Assembly: GCA_951406725.2 (NCBI GenBank)
Contig: OX597838.1
Span: forward strand, 17,422,001-17,486,000
Length of the DNA: 64,000 nt
Reading direction: 5' to 3'
From: Octopus vulgaris
Lineage: Eukaryota
The notes below the pieces were generated by a model that saw nothing but the letters and a program-made list of their open reading frames with translations, was not told the DNA's origin and did no database searches. Below, piece by piece: positions 42,434 through 55,679 of this stretch. Position 1 is the stretch's first letter, and each line of letters starts with the position of its first letter. The translations under genes were made by a program, and so were the position numbers.

Positions 42434-43000
42434 TTGGGTGGTCCGGAAAGTTCGTGCCAATTTTTAAAGGAAAGAAAAAGATCAATAAATACTTGCCGTT
42501 GCATTTTTAATCAACCATATATGAACCATTTTGTTGCGCAATGCGTTTCCATCTTTCCATTAACTTGAAAATGCCCTCTTCCCAGAATTGACGTGGTTTC
42601 ATGGCAAACAATTCATCAAGGTATCTTTTTACGTCATCCAACGAATTGAAATTTTTACCATTAAGACTATTCTGCAGAGACCTGAATAAGTGGAAATCCG
42701 AAGGGGCAATATCTGGTGAATATGGAGGGTGGGGTAACACATCCCAGCCGAGATGCAGCAATTTTTGTCTGGTTCCCAAAGCATCAAGTGCCGAAAATGA
42801 ACTTTCTTATTTTCCATTTTTAAAGGGTTACAGAATTAACACAGATTATAGGAACATAAACCTTCTTCCACGAAAAGATAGCTTAAACTGTGCTCTAAAT
42901 GGAGGTGTCGTCAAATCCTCTTTTATAGACTCAACCATGTTCTAAAATAAGTCGAAATGTAAGCTATTGTAAATCGGCACGAACTTTCCGGACAACCCAA
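42434..43000 (-). mobile_element. Internally deleted mariner element
   Basis: TA-flanked TIRs ttgggttgtccggaaagttcgtgcc. N-terminus MENKKVHFRHLMLWE fused to the C-terminal LGWDVLPHPPYSPDIAPSDFHLFRSLQN (mariner YSPDLAP motif). Confidence 0.92.
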
Positions 43001-43418
43001 TACAATATAAATATTTTGGAACAATTTGTAAATCTATGTATATTTACAAATTGATTACAGGTACATTTATTATTTACAAATAATGTATATTTGCATCTTG
43101 TTTACACACGTTTATATGGCTTACAGATGTATGTACGTTTAGAAATTGTTTATACATATTTACATTATTTACAAATGAATTTACGTTTCCAAATTGTGTA
43201 CAACTGGTATTATGATTATGAATAAATTCCAAATATTTATGCCATTCACAAATATATGTGCATTTAGATGTAGTATATTGTTTATAAGTTGTTTACAAAT
43301 TATTGCATATTTACAAAACGTTAAAAATGGACGTACGTTTAAAAATAATTTACAACTATGTGCATTGTTCAGAGAGGCTTGTATGTTTACAAATTGTTTA
43401 CAAATGTAAGCACTCTCT

Positions 43419-43829
43419 CTCTTTTACTCTTTTACTTGTTTCAGTCATTTGACTGCGGCCATGCTGGAGCACCGCCTTTAATCGAGCAACTCGACCCCGG
43501 GACTTATTCTTTTGTAAGCCCAGTACTTATTCTATCGGTCTCTTTTGCCGAACCGCTAAGTGACGGGGACATAAACACACCAGCATCGGTTGTCAAGCAA
43601 TGCTAGGGGGACAAACACAGACACACAAACACACACACATACATATATATATATATACATATATACGACAGGCTTCTTTCAGTTTCCGTCTACCAAATCT
43701 ACTCACAAGGCATTGGTCGGCCCGGGGCTATAGCAGAAGACACTTGCCCAAAGTGCCACGCAGTGGGACTGAACCCGGAACCATGTGGTTGGTAAACAAG
43801 CTACTTACCACACAGCCACTCCTGCGCCT
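43419..43829 (-). mobile_element. SINE family A
   Basis: Full-length consensus match. Confidence 0.9.
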
Positions 43830-44113
43830 ATATACATTTTAATGTATACATTTTAATGAAAGTTTAAGCGATCAGTATCCATACAGAAAGGGCAATGAGT
43901 CAGTTGATTTGAACGCATAAATCAAACTAAACACCTTACACTATTTTTATTTTCGGATGCCTTAAGGTCGAAATCTGCTGCAGTTAACAATTCTTAGTTC
44001 TAATTAATTGATGTAATTTTTAATTATTTTTAATGAAGTGAAGGATCATTTGTATTAAAGATGATTCTATGTAAAATAAAAAGAATGTTAAAATCATTTA
44101 CAATAAAAAAATA

Positions 44114-44350
44114 TTGGTTTGAGGCATAATTATTGCGGCTTTTATTCAACAAAACCAATTACAATATTTAACAAAAATATCTTTAAATGATGGTCTGACC
44201 GTCTGCCAAGAAAATGGGAAGCAGTAATTGAAGTAGATGGTGAATATGCTCCGGAATAATCATTTAAAGATGTTTTTGTTACATGTTGTTATTGTTTTTG
44301 TTGAATAAAATTTGTTGAAAAAAAGCTGCAATAATTATGCACCAACCCAA
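44114..44350 (+). mobile_element. Mariner-derived MITE (second family)
   Basis: TA-flanked TIRs ttgg(t/g)ttg..gcataattattgc.gctttt. Retains the transposase end RLPRKWEAVIEVDGEYAPE*. Confidence 0.8.
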
Positions 44351-44379
44351 TATTATAAATATAATAGTTTTCTGAATAA

Positions 44380-44660
44380 CTTTCGCTCGCACAAGACTCG
44401 CGCACACCACTTGTAGACACGATCGCCGATTCACAAGCACACGTAGACGGACTTGTAGATTTCTTTTTTAAAAACAAGTCTAGAGTTGTTTTCTTAGAAG
44501 AAGCTTTTTTTTCGGTCTCTATAAATTTCTCGGTAACACGCTGAAGCATTTGTTATGATAGTAGAAACTTTTGCACTTTGTTTAAAATTAGGATCTTGTA
44601 CTTGAAAAATAAAACTTGTAAACTCGGGTTCTTGTAAAGCGGGTCCTACTAAACTGTGTA
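44380..44660 (-). mobile_element. Tigger/pogo transposase C-terminal remnant
   Basis: Minus strand QSAKVSTIITNASACYREIYRDRKK, frameshift, then KKTTLDLFLKK, typical of Tigger C-termini. Confidence 0.55.
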
Positions 44661-44974
44661 CTTTTCCCTTGGTTTACCACAAAATAAGCAACACCAGCAT
44701 CAGAAAATGTTTATAAACAATGATTATTCAGTCAAATTTCCAACTCACGATCTTTTGTGTGATTCTCATGTGTTAAACTGTATTCTAATGAACCAATGAA
44801 GAAACACAAAAATCAAAATTAATTTTGGTAGATTTAGAACATAGAACTTAGAATTCTATGTTAATGGGACTTAAGAGAAAGATGGTCAGTCTCTAACAGG
44901 TAACCTCTACCAGCCATCAAACCTCAGGAGTCATTTCTAAAGTTTGATGTATTTCACTGCTTACATTCAACTTC

Positions 44975-45300
44975 TTTTTCTTAAGCCTCCACTTCCTGTG
45001 GAGCATTGACCATCGACGAATTTTCTCTAGTTCTCATCTCTGGTTTGTCCATCATGTCATATGTTTCTTTGGGGCGAGGTATTACTCTCCCAGGTTTTGA
45101 ACTGCCATCAATAAGTCTGTAATTTTATTTTTCTTCTTAGTGGAGGTGTTGGCCCTTTGCAAATTCATTTTTACCTGACCTCAATCCTTTGACCTGTCCT
45201 GCATGGGATGTCCTACCAGGAGCTTGCACTTCGCTGGCATAAGTCATTGAGGAGGTCATTGAGGCATACAAGCCACCACTCTGCAACAAGGATTCGACCC
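44975..45300 (-). mobile_element. Bipartite non-autonomous RTE (5' UTR joined to 3' end)
   Basis: Minus strand ccttgttgcagagtggtggcttg..ctggtaggacatcccatgcaggacaggtcaaagg (RTE/Expander-like 5' UTR), followed by WQ..RPKET and (W)RKFVDGQCSTG remnants. Confidence 0.55.
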
Positions 45301-46582
45301 TGCGGTGACATTGCTTATATTTGAGTAATGCCAATATAAAAGCTTACATTTAATCTGAACATCCATAACTTCAACTTCCGGTCTGGGAAAAACTGTAAAT
45401 ATTATGCATTCTATCTCTTTGAGTAACATAGGAAGAAAAACGCAGTTAAATCGATCTGTTGAACGTCGTGTGACTTAGTTTCGGATGTGACAGTGTTTGA
45501 TGTAGTAGGGTAGCTGGGTGAGAGGGGGGAGTGGCGGTTCGTTCCAGGTGATACTTTTAGTGGTGCAGCATATTGGGGTCAACTGCATAAACCGTTATTA
45601 AGCTTGTTTGTGGCCTGGGGTGGGCGGCAAAATCAAGGGCTGCCCCAGGTTGCACACACTCCGGCTACACCACTGGCTAGATATATGTCAGTGAAGTCTT
45701 CCTCAAATCGAAAATGTCTGAATAAAAGATTGGATGGTCATGGTTGGAACAGCTTTTAACAGAACTAAAATGCGGATAAACAGCAACGGCAATAACAATA
45801 ACAGCAATTTAAGCAATGTTGGTAGAGGTATTGGAAATATGAATAATACGACTTTACAACTATTAAACCTGGTGTCTTAGTGTTTGACTATAGTAAAACA
45901 TTAATATATGGAAAACGATAGAAAAAGAATAACGAAATTTATTTTGACACATTTGCGAATCTTACAATCTTTCAATGATAATTCTCCTCCTATGATGTAG
46001 CATTGATCGATATTGATCGATTAATAGTATCGATTTCAGCAATCCTTTCGTACATTCCATCGTCGATATTTCAGCTTTATCTCATCTACTAATATTGATT
46101 ATTGCTAGTCGTACAACTAAATATTCGCTATACTTCACATCATACAAACCTCTCTCCTTACTTCTTTACTCTGTTGTCTTCCGTTGCTCTGCAGTATTCA
46201 ATCTCAGACTCTTCTACGCTCTGAGTTCAAAATCCAACTGTGCTTCATGCACATTTAATTCCTAATGTTTAAAAACAAACGAACCAATCATAGGCCGAAG
46301 AATCATTATATTTTGCATACCTTGTTTTTTTTTTAAGAGGTTTATTACATCATGCCCTTCAAAGTTTTAGAACATGGTTGAGTCCACTTAAAATAGTACC
46401 TGCAATTTCTGCTGCCTTTCACTGTGACCGTTGAATCTAACGCCATTATCCACTCTCCCTTAAAGCAGAAGCAACATTCATATTTACTAGTTCTTCTTCA
46501 GCTGTAGATCACTTGCTTGAAGAAGCATGATAATCATAAGTGCCAATTGCTCATATCGACTTCAGTGCCTCACCAGTATCTA

Positions 46583-47150
46583 TTGGGTTGTCCGGAAAGT
46601 TCGTGCCGATTAATAGTAGCTTACATTTCGACTTATTTTAGAACATGGTTGAGTGCATAAAATAGGATTTGACGACACCTCCATTCAGAGCACAGTTTAA
46701 GCTATCTTTTCGTGGAAGAATGTTTATATTCCTATAACCTGTGTTAATTTTGTAACCCTTTAAAAATGGAAAATAAGAAAGTTCATTTTCGGCGCTTGAA
46801 TCTTTGGGAACCAGACAAAAATTGCTGCAGCTCGGCTGGGATGTGTTACCCCACCCTTCATATTCACCAGATATTGCTCCTTTGGAATATCCACTTATTC
46901 AGGTCTCTGCAGAATAGTCTTAATGGTAAAAATTTCAATTCCTTGGATGACGTAAAAAGATACCTTGATGAATTCTTTGCCATGAAACCACGTCAATTCT
47001 GGGAAGGGGGTATTTTCAAGTTAATGGAAAGATGGAGACGCATTGTGCAACAAAATGGTTCATATTTGGTTGATTAAAAATGTAATGGCAAGTATTTATT
47101 GACCTTTTTCTTTCCTTTAAAAATCGGCATGAACTTTCCGGGCAACCCAA
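46583..47150 (+). mobile_element. Internally deleted mariner element, same family as 42434-43000
   Basis: Same TIRs, TA ends and deletion junction ctttggg|aaccagac. Confidence 0.92.
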
Positions 47151-47387
47151 TAATTTTTGCAACCCAACATAGATAAAAAGCGAACTTGACCATTTTGACT
47201 TAGACACAACAAAACATTTTCTCCAATCTTTTTTTTTCCAGTACTCCTATAATTCTACCAATCGACCACCTTAAATTTTATTAATATTATTATTTTCTTA
47301 TACTCCCTATTTAAAGGATTATACTCGTTGTCTAAAAAAAAATTGTGAATTGAAGTACAATGCTGAAAATAATTGCGATTTGTTTTC

Positions 47388-47762
47388 TGTGGATGGAAGA
47401 ACTCCGTCGGTTACGACGATGAGGGTTCCGGTTGATCCGAATCAACGGAACAGCCTGCTCGTGAAATTAACGTGTAAGTGGCTGAGCACTCCACAGACAC
47501 GTGTACCCTTAACGTGTACCCTTCTGGATATTCAGCGTGACACAGAGAGTGACAAGGCCGGCCCTTTGAAATACAGGTACAACAGAAACAGGAAGTAAGA
47601 GTGAGAGAAAGTTGTGGTGAAAGAGTACAGCAGGGATCACCACCACCCCTTGCCGGAGCCTTGTGGAGCTTTAGGTGCTTTCGCCCAATAAACACTCACA
47701 ACGCCCGGTCTGGGAATCGAAACCGCGAGTCCGCTGCCCTAACCACTGGGCCATTGCGCCTC
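47388..47762 (-). mobile_element. SINE family C, tail type 1
   Basis: Reverse complement of 7953-8340. Confidence 0.85.
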
Positions 47763-48357
47763 TACATTGTTTTCTGTAGTTTCATTGTGGTTGATCACTC
47801 CAATGCTAAATAGCTCTCTACTGAGGACATTATTTCGTTATTTTATACCTTGCAGGAAATTTGTTCTATTGTAAAGTGTTTTTTGGTGGGATATCTTGTT
47901 TTCAATATCGATTTCATACTACAGATGGGTTTTGTTATATTCCTAAATAAACACATTCAGTGTGTTCTGCGACGGGTGGGAAATGTTAACTTGTGTAGTG
48001 TGAAGGTCAAGCCATGGGGCAGGTTAGGTCCTGTCTTTGATTGTCTTTTGTGAACGGTGTGCTACTGCATTGCCTACCTCTTCTTTTAGATTAGGGGGTG
48101 AGCTACAATACTGGTTGGGTCCAATGAAATGTAAGTCATTATAATGACACGATCCTGTGCAGAATATTTAGTATAAAGGTTGAGGTTTAGTACTAACGAG
48201 GTCCTGTGTAGAACTTATTTTGGGGCGCGTGAATTAATACAAAGATAGACTTCCTAGAAAGTGATTAGTGAATGATGGAGTAATGTTTCAGCAGTGACTC
48301 AGCTTTATAAAACTTCGCAAAGATGACACGCAAATTCGTGAAGCGTTCCATAATTCT

Positions 48358-48534
48358 AGGTGCAGGAGTGGCTGTGTGGTAAGTAGCTTGCTTACCAGCC
48401 ATACGGTTCCGGGTTCAGTCCCACTGCGTGGCACCTTGGGCATGTGTCTTCTACTATAGCCTCGGGCCGACCAAAGCATTGTGAGTGGATTTGGTAGACT
48501 GAAACTGAAAGAAGCCTGTCGTATTTATATATGT

Positions 48535-48566
<32 letters not shown>

Positions 48567-48795
48567 ATGCTTGTGTGTCTGTTTGTCCCCCCCACAAACA
48601 TCGCTTGACAACCGATGCTGGTGTGTTTGCGTCCCCGTCACGTAGCAGTTCGGCAAGAGAGATCGATAGAATGAGTACTAGGCTTACAAAGAATAAGTCC
48701 TGGGGTTGATTTGCTCGACTAAAGGCGGTGCTCCAGCATGGCCGCAGTCAAATGACTGAAACAAGTAAAAGAATAAAAGAAAAGAAAAGAAAGAA
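48358..48795 (+). mobile_element. SINE family A
   Basis: Full-length consensus match. Confidence 0.9.
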
Positions 48796-49672
48796 TACGC
48801 AACTGAAACAGCATTAGATTTATATCACCACCTGTGTATTATACTAAATGTATACTCACCTGCTTAGACGAAATCCGCACCTCGATATATTGCAAATTTC
48901 CGAAATGACATCAAATGTTTTATTCACTGTTTTCTATAGATCGAGGCACGGATTTCGGAGAACATATTATGCCAAATATTTGATTGGAATTTGGCTATGC
49001 ATGGATTTACATGGACTGCTAAGCATTGGTTAACCGTTATGCTATCACATTTGAAATATCAATTTTTCAATGCTTACATATATACATAGATACATACATA
49101 CACATATATACATACATACGTACATACGTACATATATACATACATACATGCATGCATGCATGCATACATACATAGATGCATACATACATACATGCACACA
49201 TACATACATGCATGCATACATACACACATGCATACATACATACACGCACACATACATACATACATATATGCACACATACATATATGCATACATACACACA
49301 TACTTGCATACACACATGCATACATACATACACACATGCATACATACACACATGCATACATACATGCATACATACATACATACATACGAGAGCAAATGAA
49401 ATTGATGCTGGTTCCCCAAATCCAATCTATTCGTGGCTCAGTTAAGATTCGTAAGACATTCCAAGAATTCTCCAATCTAAGATTCTTTATGTGCATCGAT
49501 GCACACACCTGCACGCATGCGTCGATAGTTCAACCAACACACCAACTCAATCACATATTTACTAATACCGGGAACTCTTTTAATTCAAACCGTCTCTTTG
49601 TTACCGTCCTGTTTGGACTCTCTCTCTCAAGAACTAATATAAAGCTCATAGAAAATCCATACATATATATTA

Positions 49673-49741
<69 letters not shown>

Positions 49742-50001
49742 AATAAATACTTTTCCTTCACCGAAGGCGAACGCAAAATTGGCTAACGTGAATCGATTTG
49801 ATCGGATGCTGTCCAGCGCTAACCGAGCATCCTGACACTACCTTGTAACACCTCTCGTTAGCGAGTCGGCCCATGCTGGCCAAATCATTATCCAACTTCC
49901 CTTGGCTTCCAGATTACCATCTTCCTCTTGCTCTATAATCACCAACAGGCCCTTTCAGCTGTGACCAACCGATTATCCCAACCCTTTTCTCGTGTTCCTA
50001 T

Positions 50002-50624
50002 GACTATTGCTCTCAGCTATGGTCACCATCCAGTGTCAAGTTAATCACAGAACTTGAGGCGATCCAACGAAGCTACACGAAGAAGATAGCCTCTGCGCAG
50101 CATATAAGCTACTGGGAAAGACTCAAGAGATTAAGACTCTATTCCTTATAGCGTAGGCGAGAAAGATATGCCATAATATACATCTGGAAGATCCTAGAAG
50201 GACTTGTCCCAAACTTTGGCATCGAGAGTTACACAAATACTAGAACTGGGCGGCACTGCATAGTGCCAAGGACTCCAAAGTTGCCATCAAGATGTAGGAC
50301 AAGATACTGTGATAGCCTGGGCTTCCGAGGCCCACAGCTCTTCAATATCCTCCCGAAGAACCTGAGAGACCTGCATGGGGTGGATGCAGATGTCTTTAAA
50401 ATAAAACTGGATCTCTTCCTGTCAGGTGTCCCAGATGAACCAACTTCACGGCAGGAGGTGCAGATGAGGGCAGCTGCATCAAACTCTCTCATGCACCAAA
50501 TGGCAATTGCTAAAAAGCATTCGTGAAGTAAAATCATGTAGCAACACCAAATGGCGGTGCCTCAGCATGGTCACAGCTCGTGAGCTGAAACTAGATAAAA
50601 TAAAATAAATAAATAAATAAATAA
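50002..50624 (+). mobile_element. 5'-truncated CR1-group LINE (ORF2 C-terminus, 3' UTR, (TAAA)n tail)
   Basis: DYCSQLWSP..ELEAIQRSYTKKI..SYWERLKRLRLYSL*RRRERYAIIYIWKIL..GPQLFNILP..FKIKLDLFL with one premature stop. ORF ends at 50526. Confidence 0.9.
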
Positions 50625-50835
50625 GCATTCACATTGCTAACCCGGCAAGGGATCCTCAACGGACAACTTTGATTGGAAATAGCCATGCCGACCTTCTCTT
50701 CCCTCTACAAACCCGCAAAACGTTCAGGTCCCTGCTTCTCGTTCGTTTATATACTTGATAATATCTCTTTTCCTTGCGGGACAATAAGCTTGATCAGGAT
50801 TTATCCTCTTTCCCTTCTCACGCAACAAAACTACA

Positions 50836-51007
50836 CGCAGGAGTGACTGCGTGGTAAGTAGCTTGTTTACCAACCACATGGTTCCGGGTTCAGTCCCACT
50901 GCATGGCACTTTGGGCAAGTGTCTTCTGCTATAGCCCCGGGCCGACCAAAGCCTTGTGAGTGGATTTGGTAGACGGAAACTGAAAGAAGCCCGTCGTATA
51001 TATATAA

Positions 51008-51052
<45 letters not shown>

Positions 51053-51292
51053 TGTGCGTGTATGCTTGTGTGTCTGTGTTTGTCCCACTAGCATTGCTTG
51101 ACAAACTGATGCTGGTGTGTTTATGTCCCCGTCACTTAGCGGTTCGGCAAAATATACCGATAGAATAAGTACTGGGCTTACAAAGAATAAGTCCCGGGGT
51201 CGAGTTACTCGATTAAAGGCGGTGCTCCAGCATGGTCACAGTCAAATGACTGAAACAAGTAAAAGAAAGAAAGAAAGAAAGAAAGAAAGAAA
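50836..51292 (+). mobile_element. SINE family A
   Basis: Full-length consensus match. Confidence 0.9.
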
Positions 51293-51422
51293 AGCCTCGG
51301 AATGTTTTGGACAATATGGAGTTCAACAACCTTTCTCTCAATCTACCTTCTTAGCACATGACAAGGAGTTTTAGGTACAAACGCATACATACATATTATT
51401 TGTATGGGTACACACACATACG

Positions 51423-51700
51423 TGGAGGCGCAATGGCTCAGTAGTTAAGGCAGCGGACTCGCGGTTTCAATTCCCAGACATGTGTTTATTGAGCGAAAAC
51501 ACCTAAAAGCTCCGGCAGGGGATGGTGATGACCCCTGTTGTACTCTTTCGCCACAACTTTCTCTCACTCTCTCTTTTCCTGTTTCTTGCGTAACGCTGCG
51601 ATGGACTGGTGTCCCATCCAGCGGGGAGGGGGGACACATACGCCACAGAAACCGGGAAACGGGGCCCATGAGCCTGGCTAGGCTTGAAAACGGCGAATAA
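51423..51700 (+). mobile_element. SINE family C with V-domain-like tail
   Basis: C head, then gctgcgatggactggtgtcccatccagcgggg..cagaaaccgggaaac. Confidence 0.7.
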
Positions 51701-51766
51701 AAATACACATACGCGAGCGCATATGAATACATGTAAAGAGAATACAAAGAAGTGAGATAGTGTAAC

Positions 51767-51839
<73 letters not shown>

Positions 51840-52419
51840 GAATGGTGTAAACTTTCATTTTTAAATATTAAACATTAAGTCTTTTACAATACTTATATGG
51901 TGAAAGTTATAAATCCGAAATAAAAGATTGAATGTCAATAAATCCAGACGGATTCAACAGAAATTTGGCTTCTTTCCAAATAGAACATTTCAAACTTCAT
52001 CAAGTCTTTGAAAGATTAGCCAGTATTTTCTAAGCTTAAGTCCTAACCTAGATCCTGATTTGATATTTCGATTGTAAACGTTGCTAACGTTGGCACAAAA
52101 TGCAGAGCATGATGGATGTTGCGAATAAAAATATCTAGCGTTTCGTTACTTGACGTTTCATGTACAAATTTACCTTGGACCTATAAATTACTACATACCT
52201 ACACCCTCGCGCACACAATTCATACACACGCACGTGCACACGTTAGTAATGAACTAGTGAGCAACCAACACCGCATTGGTGGATCGATAGTGTATTTTAA
52301 TACGAACTCAATTGTTTCATGAAATTATTTAGCCTTAGTTTGAATAATACTGGTATTCATCGAATTTGTCTCACTGAGTGATACCAAATGGCCCAAGTGT
52401 CAGTATTATATAGTATATG

Positions 52420-52575
52420 TATGTACATTGTTTACACTATTTACATTAGACTCATATTTGTCCTCATCTTGTTTGTTGCTAACACAACGTTTCGGCTGAT
52501 ATACCCTCCAAGCCTTCATCAGATGTCTTGGGGCAAATTTCGAACCTGGGTTCTCATTCCTAAGGTATATTTCGA
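52420..52575 (-). mobile_element. Penelope-type repeat with canonical minimal hammerhead ribozyme motif
   Basis: Minus strand 52527-52481: GACAT-CTGATGA-A-GGCT-13 nt-AGCC-GAA-ACGT-T-GTGTT. Confidence 0.7.
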
Positions 52576-52624
52576 TGTTGTTGTTGTTGCTATTATTATT
52601 ATTATTATTTTTATTATTATTATT

Positions 52625-53180
52625 GAGTGAGAGAGCAGTGCATGCCATCAAAATGACACTGGGGTAAAATATACGAAGCCCAGTATATCCATCATGACTA
52701 CCCGTCTGATAAGGGTACACCAGGCACATGCATCACAACCATATGTGCGCGACATGGTGATCTCATAACAAAATAAACAGCGCATGACCATGCAGGTGGG
52801 GCCCAGTTAGAATTTTCTTCAGGTTGAGTAGCCCATCCCGCTCAAAAGGTCCCTGAATAAGGGTTGTTTAAGGATGTTGAAAGAACCACCCATCATGTTT
52901 CCAGAGGTGAATTATTCAAACCCCAAAGAATCCCTCTCAACACATGGCTATGATGCTCCCCCACTACTTCTGCTCTTGATCAGAGATGCACATATCGTCA
53001 GCCACTAAGGGACATGCTCAACTGGTCAAGGTCAAACAACTGGCAAGCAAATCTGGGGTATTGAGCAGAATATTTGCTGTAGCCCATCTTTTATACCAAG
53101 ACAAAACAATGTACATGATAACACTTCCAATCAGTTAAGATCAGCAGCCATGAGAGCCACTGCCTGGGATTGCATCAGGG

Positions 53181-53185
<5 letters not shown>
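52625..53185. repeat. ~560-bp interspersed repeat flanked on both sides by (ATT)n
   Basis: Partial second copy at 1-221. No ORF or TIR recognised. Confidence 0.75.
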
Positions 53186-53218
<33 letters not shown>

Positions 53219-53316
53219 GATATTGCTATTGTTCACGTCACTGCAGAAGGTAATGGCGAAATTCTGCTGACTCTTTCGCCATAACTTTCTTTCGCTCTTT
53301 TCTCCTGCATCTACCA

Positions 53317-53592
53317 CAGTGGTTCCCAAAGTAGGCGGTATTTCCCCCTCCTCTGGGGCAGTGGAAGGTTCCAAGGGGGCATTGAAGAAACGTGGGGCGA
53401 TAATGGGATAGCTATTCATGTAAAAACAACAAGATAATAGGTTCATTAGGTTAAGTTTCATTTGTTAAATACAGGTGCTTTGAATTTGTTTGAGAAGGAG
53501 GCCTATACTTGTGATGGTTAGTTGGGGGTGGGGTGCTAGGAATATGGCCTGGGTGTCAAGGGGGAGCAGCCTGAAAAGTTTGGGAAGCACTG
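53317..53592. mobile_element. hAT (Charlie-like) MITE inserted in a SINE C/V copy (53239-53650)
   Basis: TIRs cagtggttcccaaa / tttgggaagcactg. 8-bp TSD atcta(c/g)ca. The host sequence is uninterrupted in the 18470-18773 copy. Confidence 0.8.
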
Positions 53593-53743
53593 ATCTAGCA
53601 GCTCACCTGCGACGGACCGGCGTCTTGTCCAGGTGGCTCGGGAAGGAACAAACATACATGCATACATACATACATAGAAACATGCATACATACATACATA
53701 CATACATACATACATACATACATACATACATACATACACTACA

Positions 53744-53774
<31 letters not shown>

Positions 53775-54055
53775 GTATACTGTGTGTGTATTTGTGTGTG
53801 TGTGTGTGTTAATCCGATTTTTTTGTTGAAACAGTCGCTGCTGTATCTTAGAAAGTACAATTTGCTAATAAGAAACACACGCGCTGGTTTTATTTCCCTT
53901 CTTCTTATAATAAGCAGTCAGCTATTCAACCAATTGACCGATTTACTAAGCGATTGCTTTGCTTGATTGATGGCACTGATATGGTAGTGAATGGTGAGGA
54001 AAAGTGCTGACAAACCAGTTGACTGAGTGACTGATCAAAACTTAAATCATGCAGC

Positions 54056-54252
54056 TGATTGATGAATTGATTAATCAGTTAGCTATTGATTGATGAATTG
54101 ATTAATCAGTTAGCTATTGAGTGATGAATTGATTAATTTGTTAGTTATTCAACTAACAGTTAGTTATTGATTGATGAATTGATTAATCAGTTAGCTATTG
54201 ATTGATGAATTGATTAATCAGTTAGATTAATTTGTTAGTTATTCAACTAACA
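54056..54252. repeat. 31-bp minisatellite (gattgatgaattgattaatcagttagctatt)n
   Basis: Several tandem, partly degenerate units. Confidence 0.85.
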
Positions 54253-54578
54253 TTAATTATAAAAGGGAAAATAGAACCAGTTTGCACGTTTCTTATTAGA
54301 AAAATTACTTTAAGATTTAACAGCACATAAGCGTATGTGTGTTTGTGTGTGTGCGTGTGAGTGTGTGTGTGTGTGTGGTTTACAAGGAATGAAGTTAACC
54401 TGTATATATGTGTATATGCTTGCAAGAAGTGTGTGAATATGTATATATAAGTATTTATGTACATCGAGAAAAAGGGAGGCAGTCAGAATTTTTGGATAAT
54501 TCTTTATTATTAGCGCTTTCGTTCATTTATAGTATGTATGTATGTATGTATCTATCTATCTATATATCTATCTACCTT

Positions 54579-54630
<52 letters not shown>

Positions 54631-55524
54631 GGCTCGAAGCGTAAAAGACTTTCTCACTTCCCGAGCGTTAAACTAATACATCTGCTTGTTGTTTACACAC
54701 CCGTCTTCATCTTTTGCTTCTTTTGTAAATTCTCAGTATATATGTTTGTGTGTGTGTGTGTGGCTTGCATCACTGTTGATAAAACTATCACAATGATGAG
54801 CAGGCAAACAACTCCCCCCTCCTTGAACGGAGCGCCTGTTTGCCGCGGGATACACATGCACATACACGCGCGTACATACACACACAGACACATACACACA
54901 CACAAGCACACATACACACACACACATGCACACGCGCACACCTACATGCACACGTACACATACACACATACAGAGGCACACAGACACAAACGCACACGCA
55001 CATACACGCACACACACACACACACAAGCACACACACACGCACACACACACGCACACACAAACGCACACGCGCATACACATGCTCATACACGCGCGTACA
55101 TACACACACATACACACACACGCACACACACACAAGCACACACACATACATACACGTCACGCACACACACACACATGCACACGCGCACACCTACATGCAC
55201 ACGTACACATACACACATACAGAGGCACACAGACACAAACGCACACGCACATACACGCACGTACATACACACACACACACACACACACACAAGCACACAC
55301 ACACACGCACACACAAACGCACACGCGCATACACATGCACATACACGCGCGTACATACACACACAGACACACACGTACACACACGCACACACACACACAA
55401 GCACACACACATACACACACGCACGCACACACACACACGCAACACGCACACACACACACATGCACACGTACACATACACACATACAGAGGCACACAGACA
55501 CAAACGCACACGCACATACACGCA

Positions 55525-55585
<61 letters not shown>

Positions 55586-55679
55586 ATTATATTGACGATC
55601 GACAAATCCAATTCTGTTTGACTTCATCTTGCAACATATTAAAAGTCAGATTTACACACTTAGCTTCCCATATTTCACG

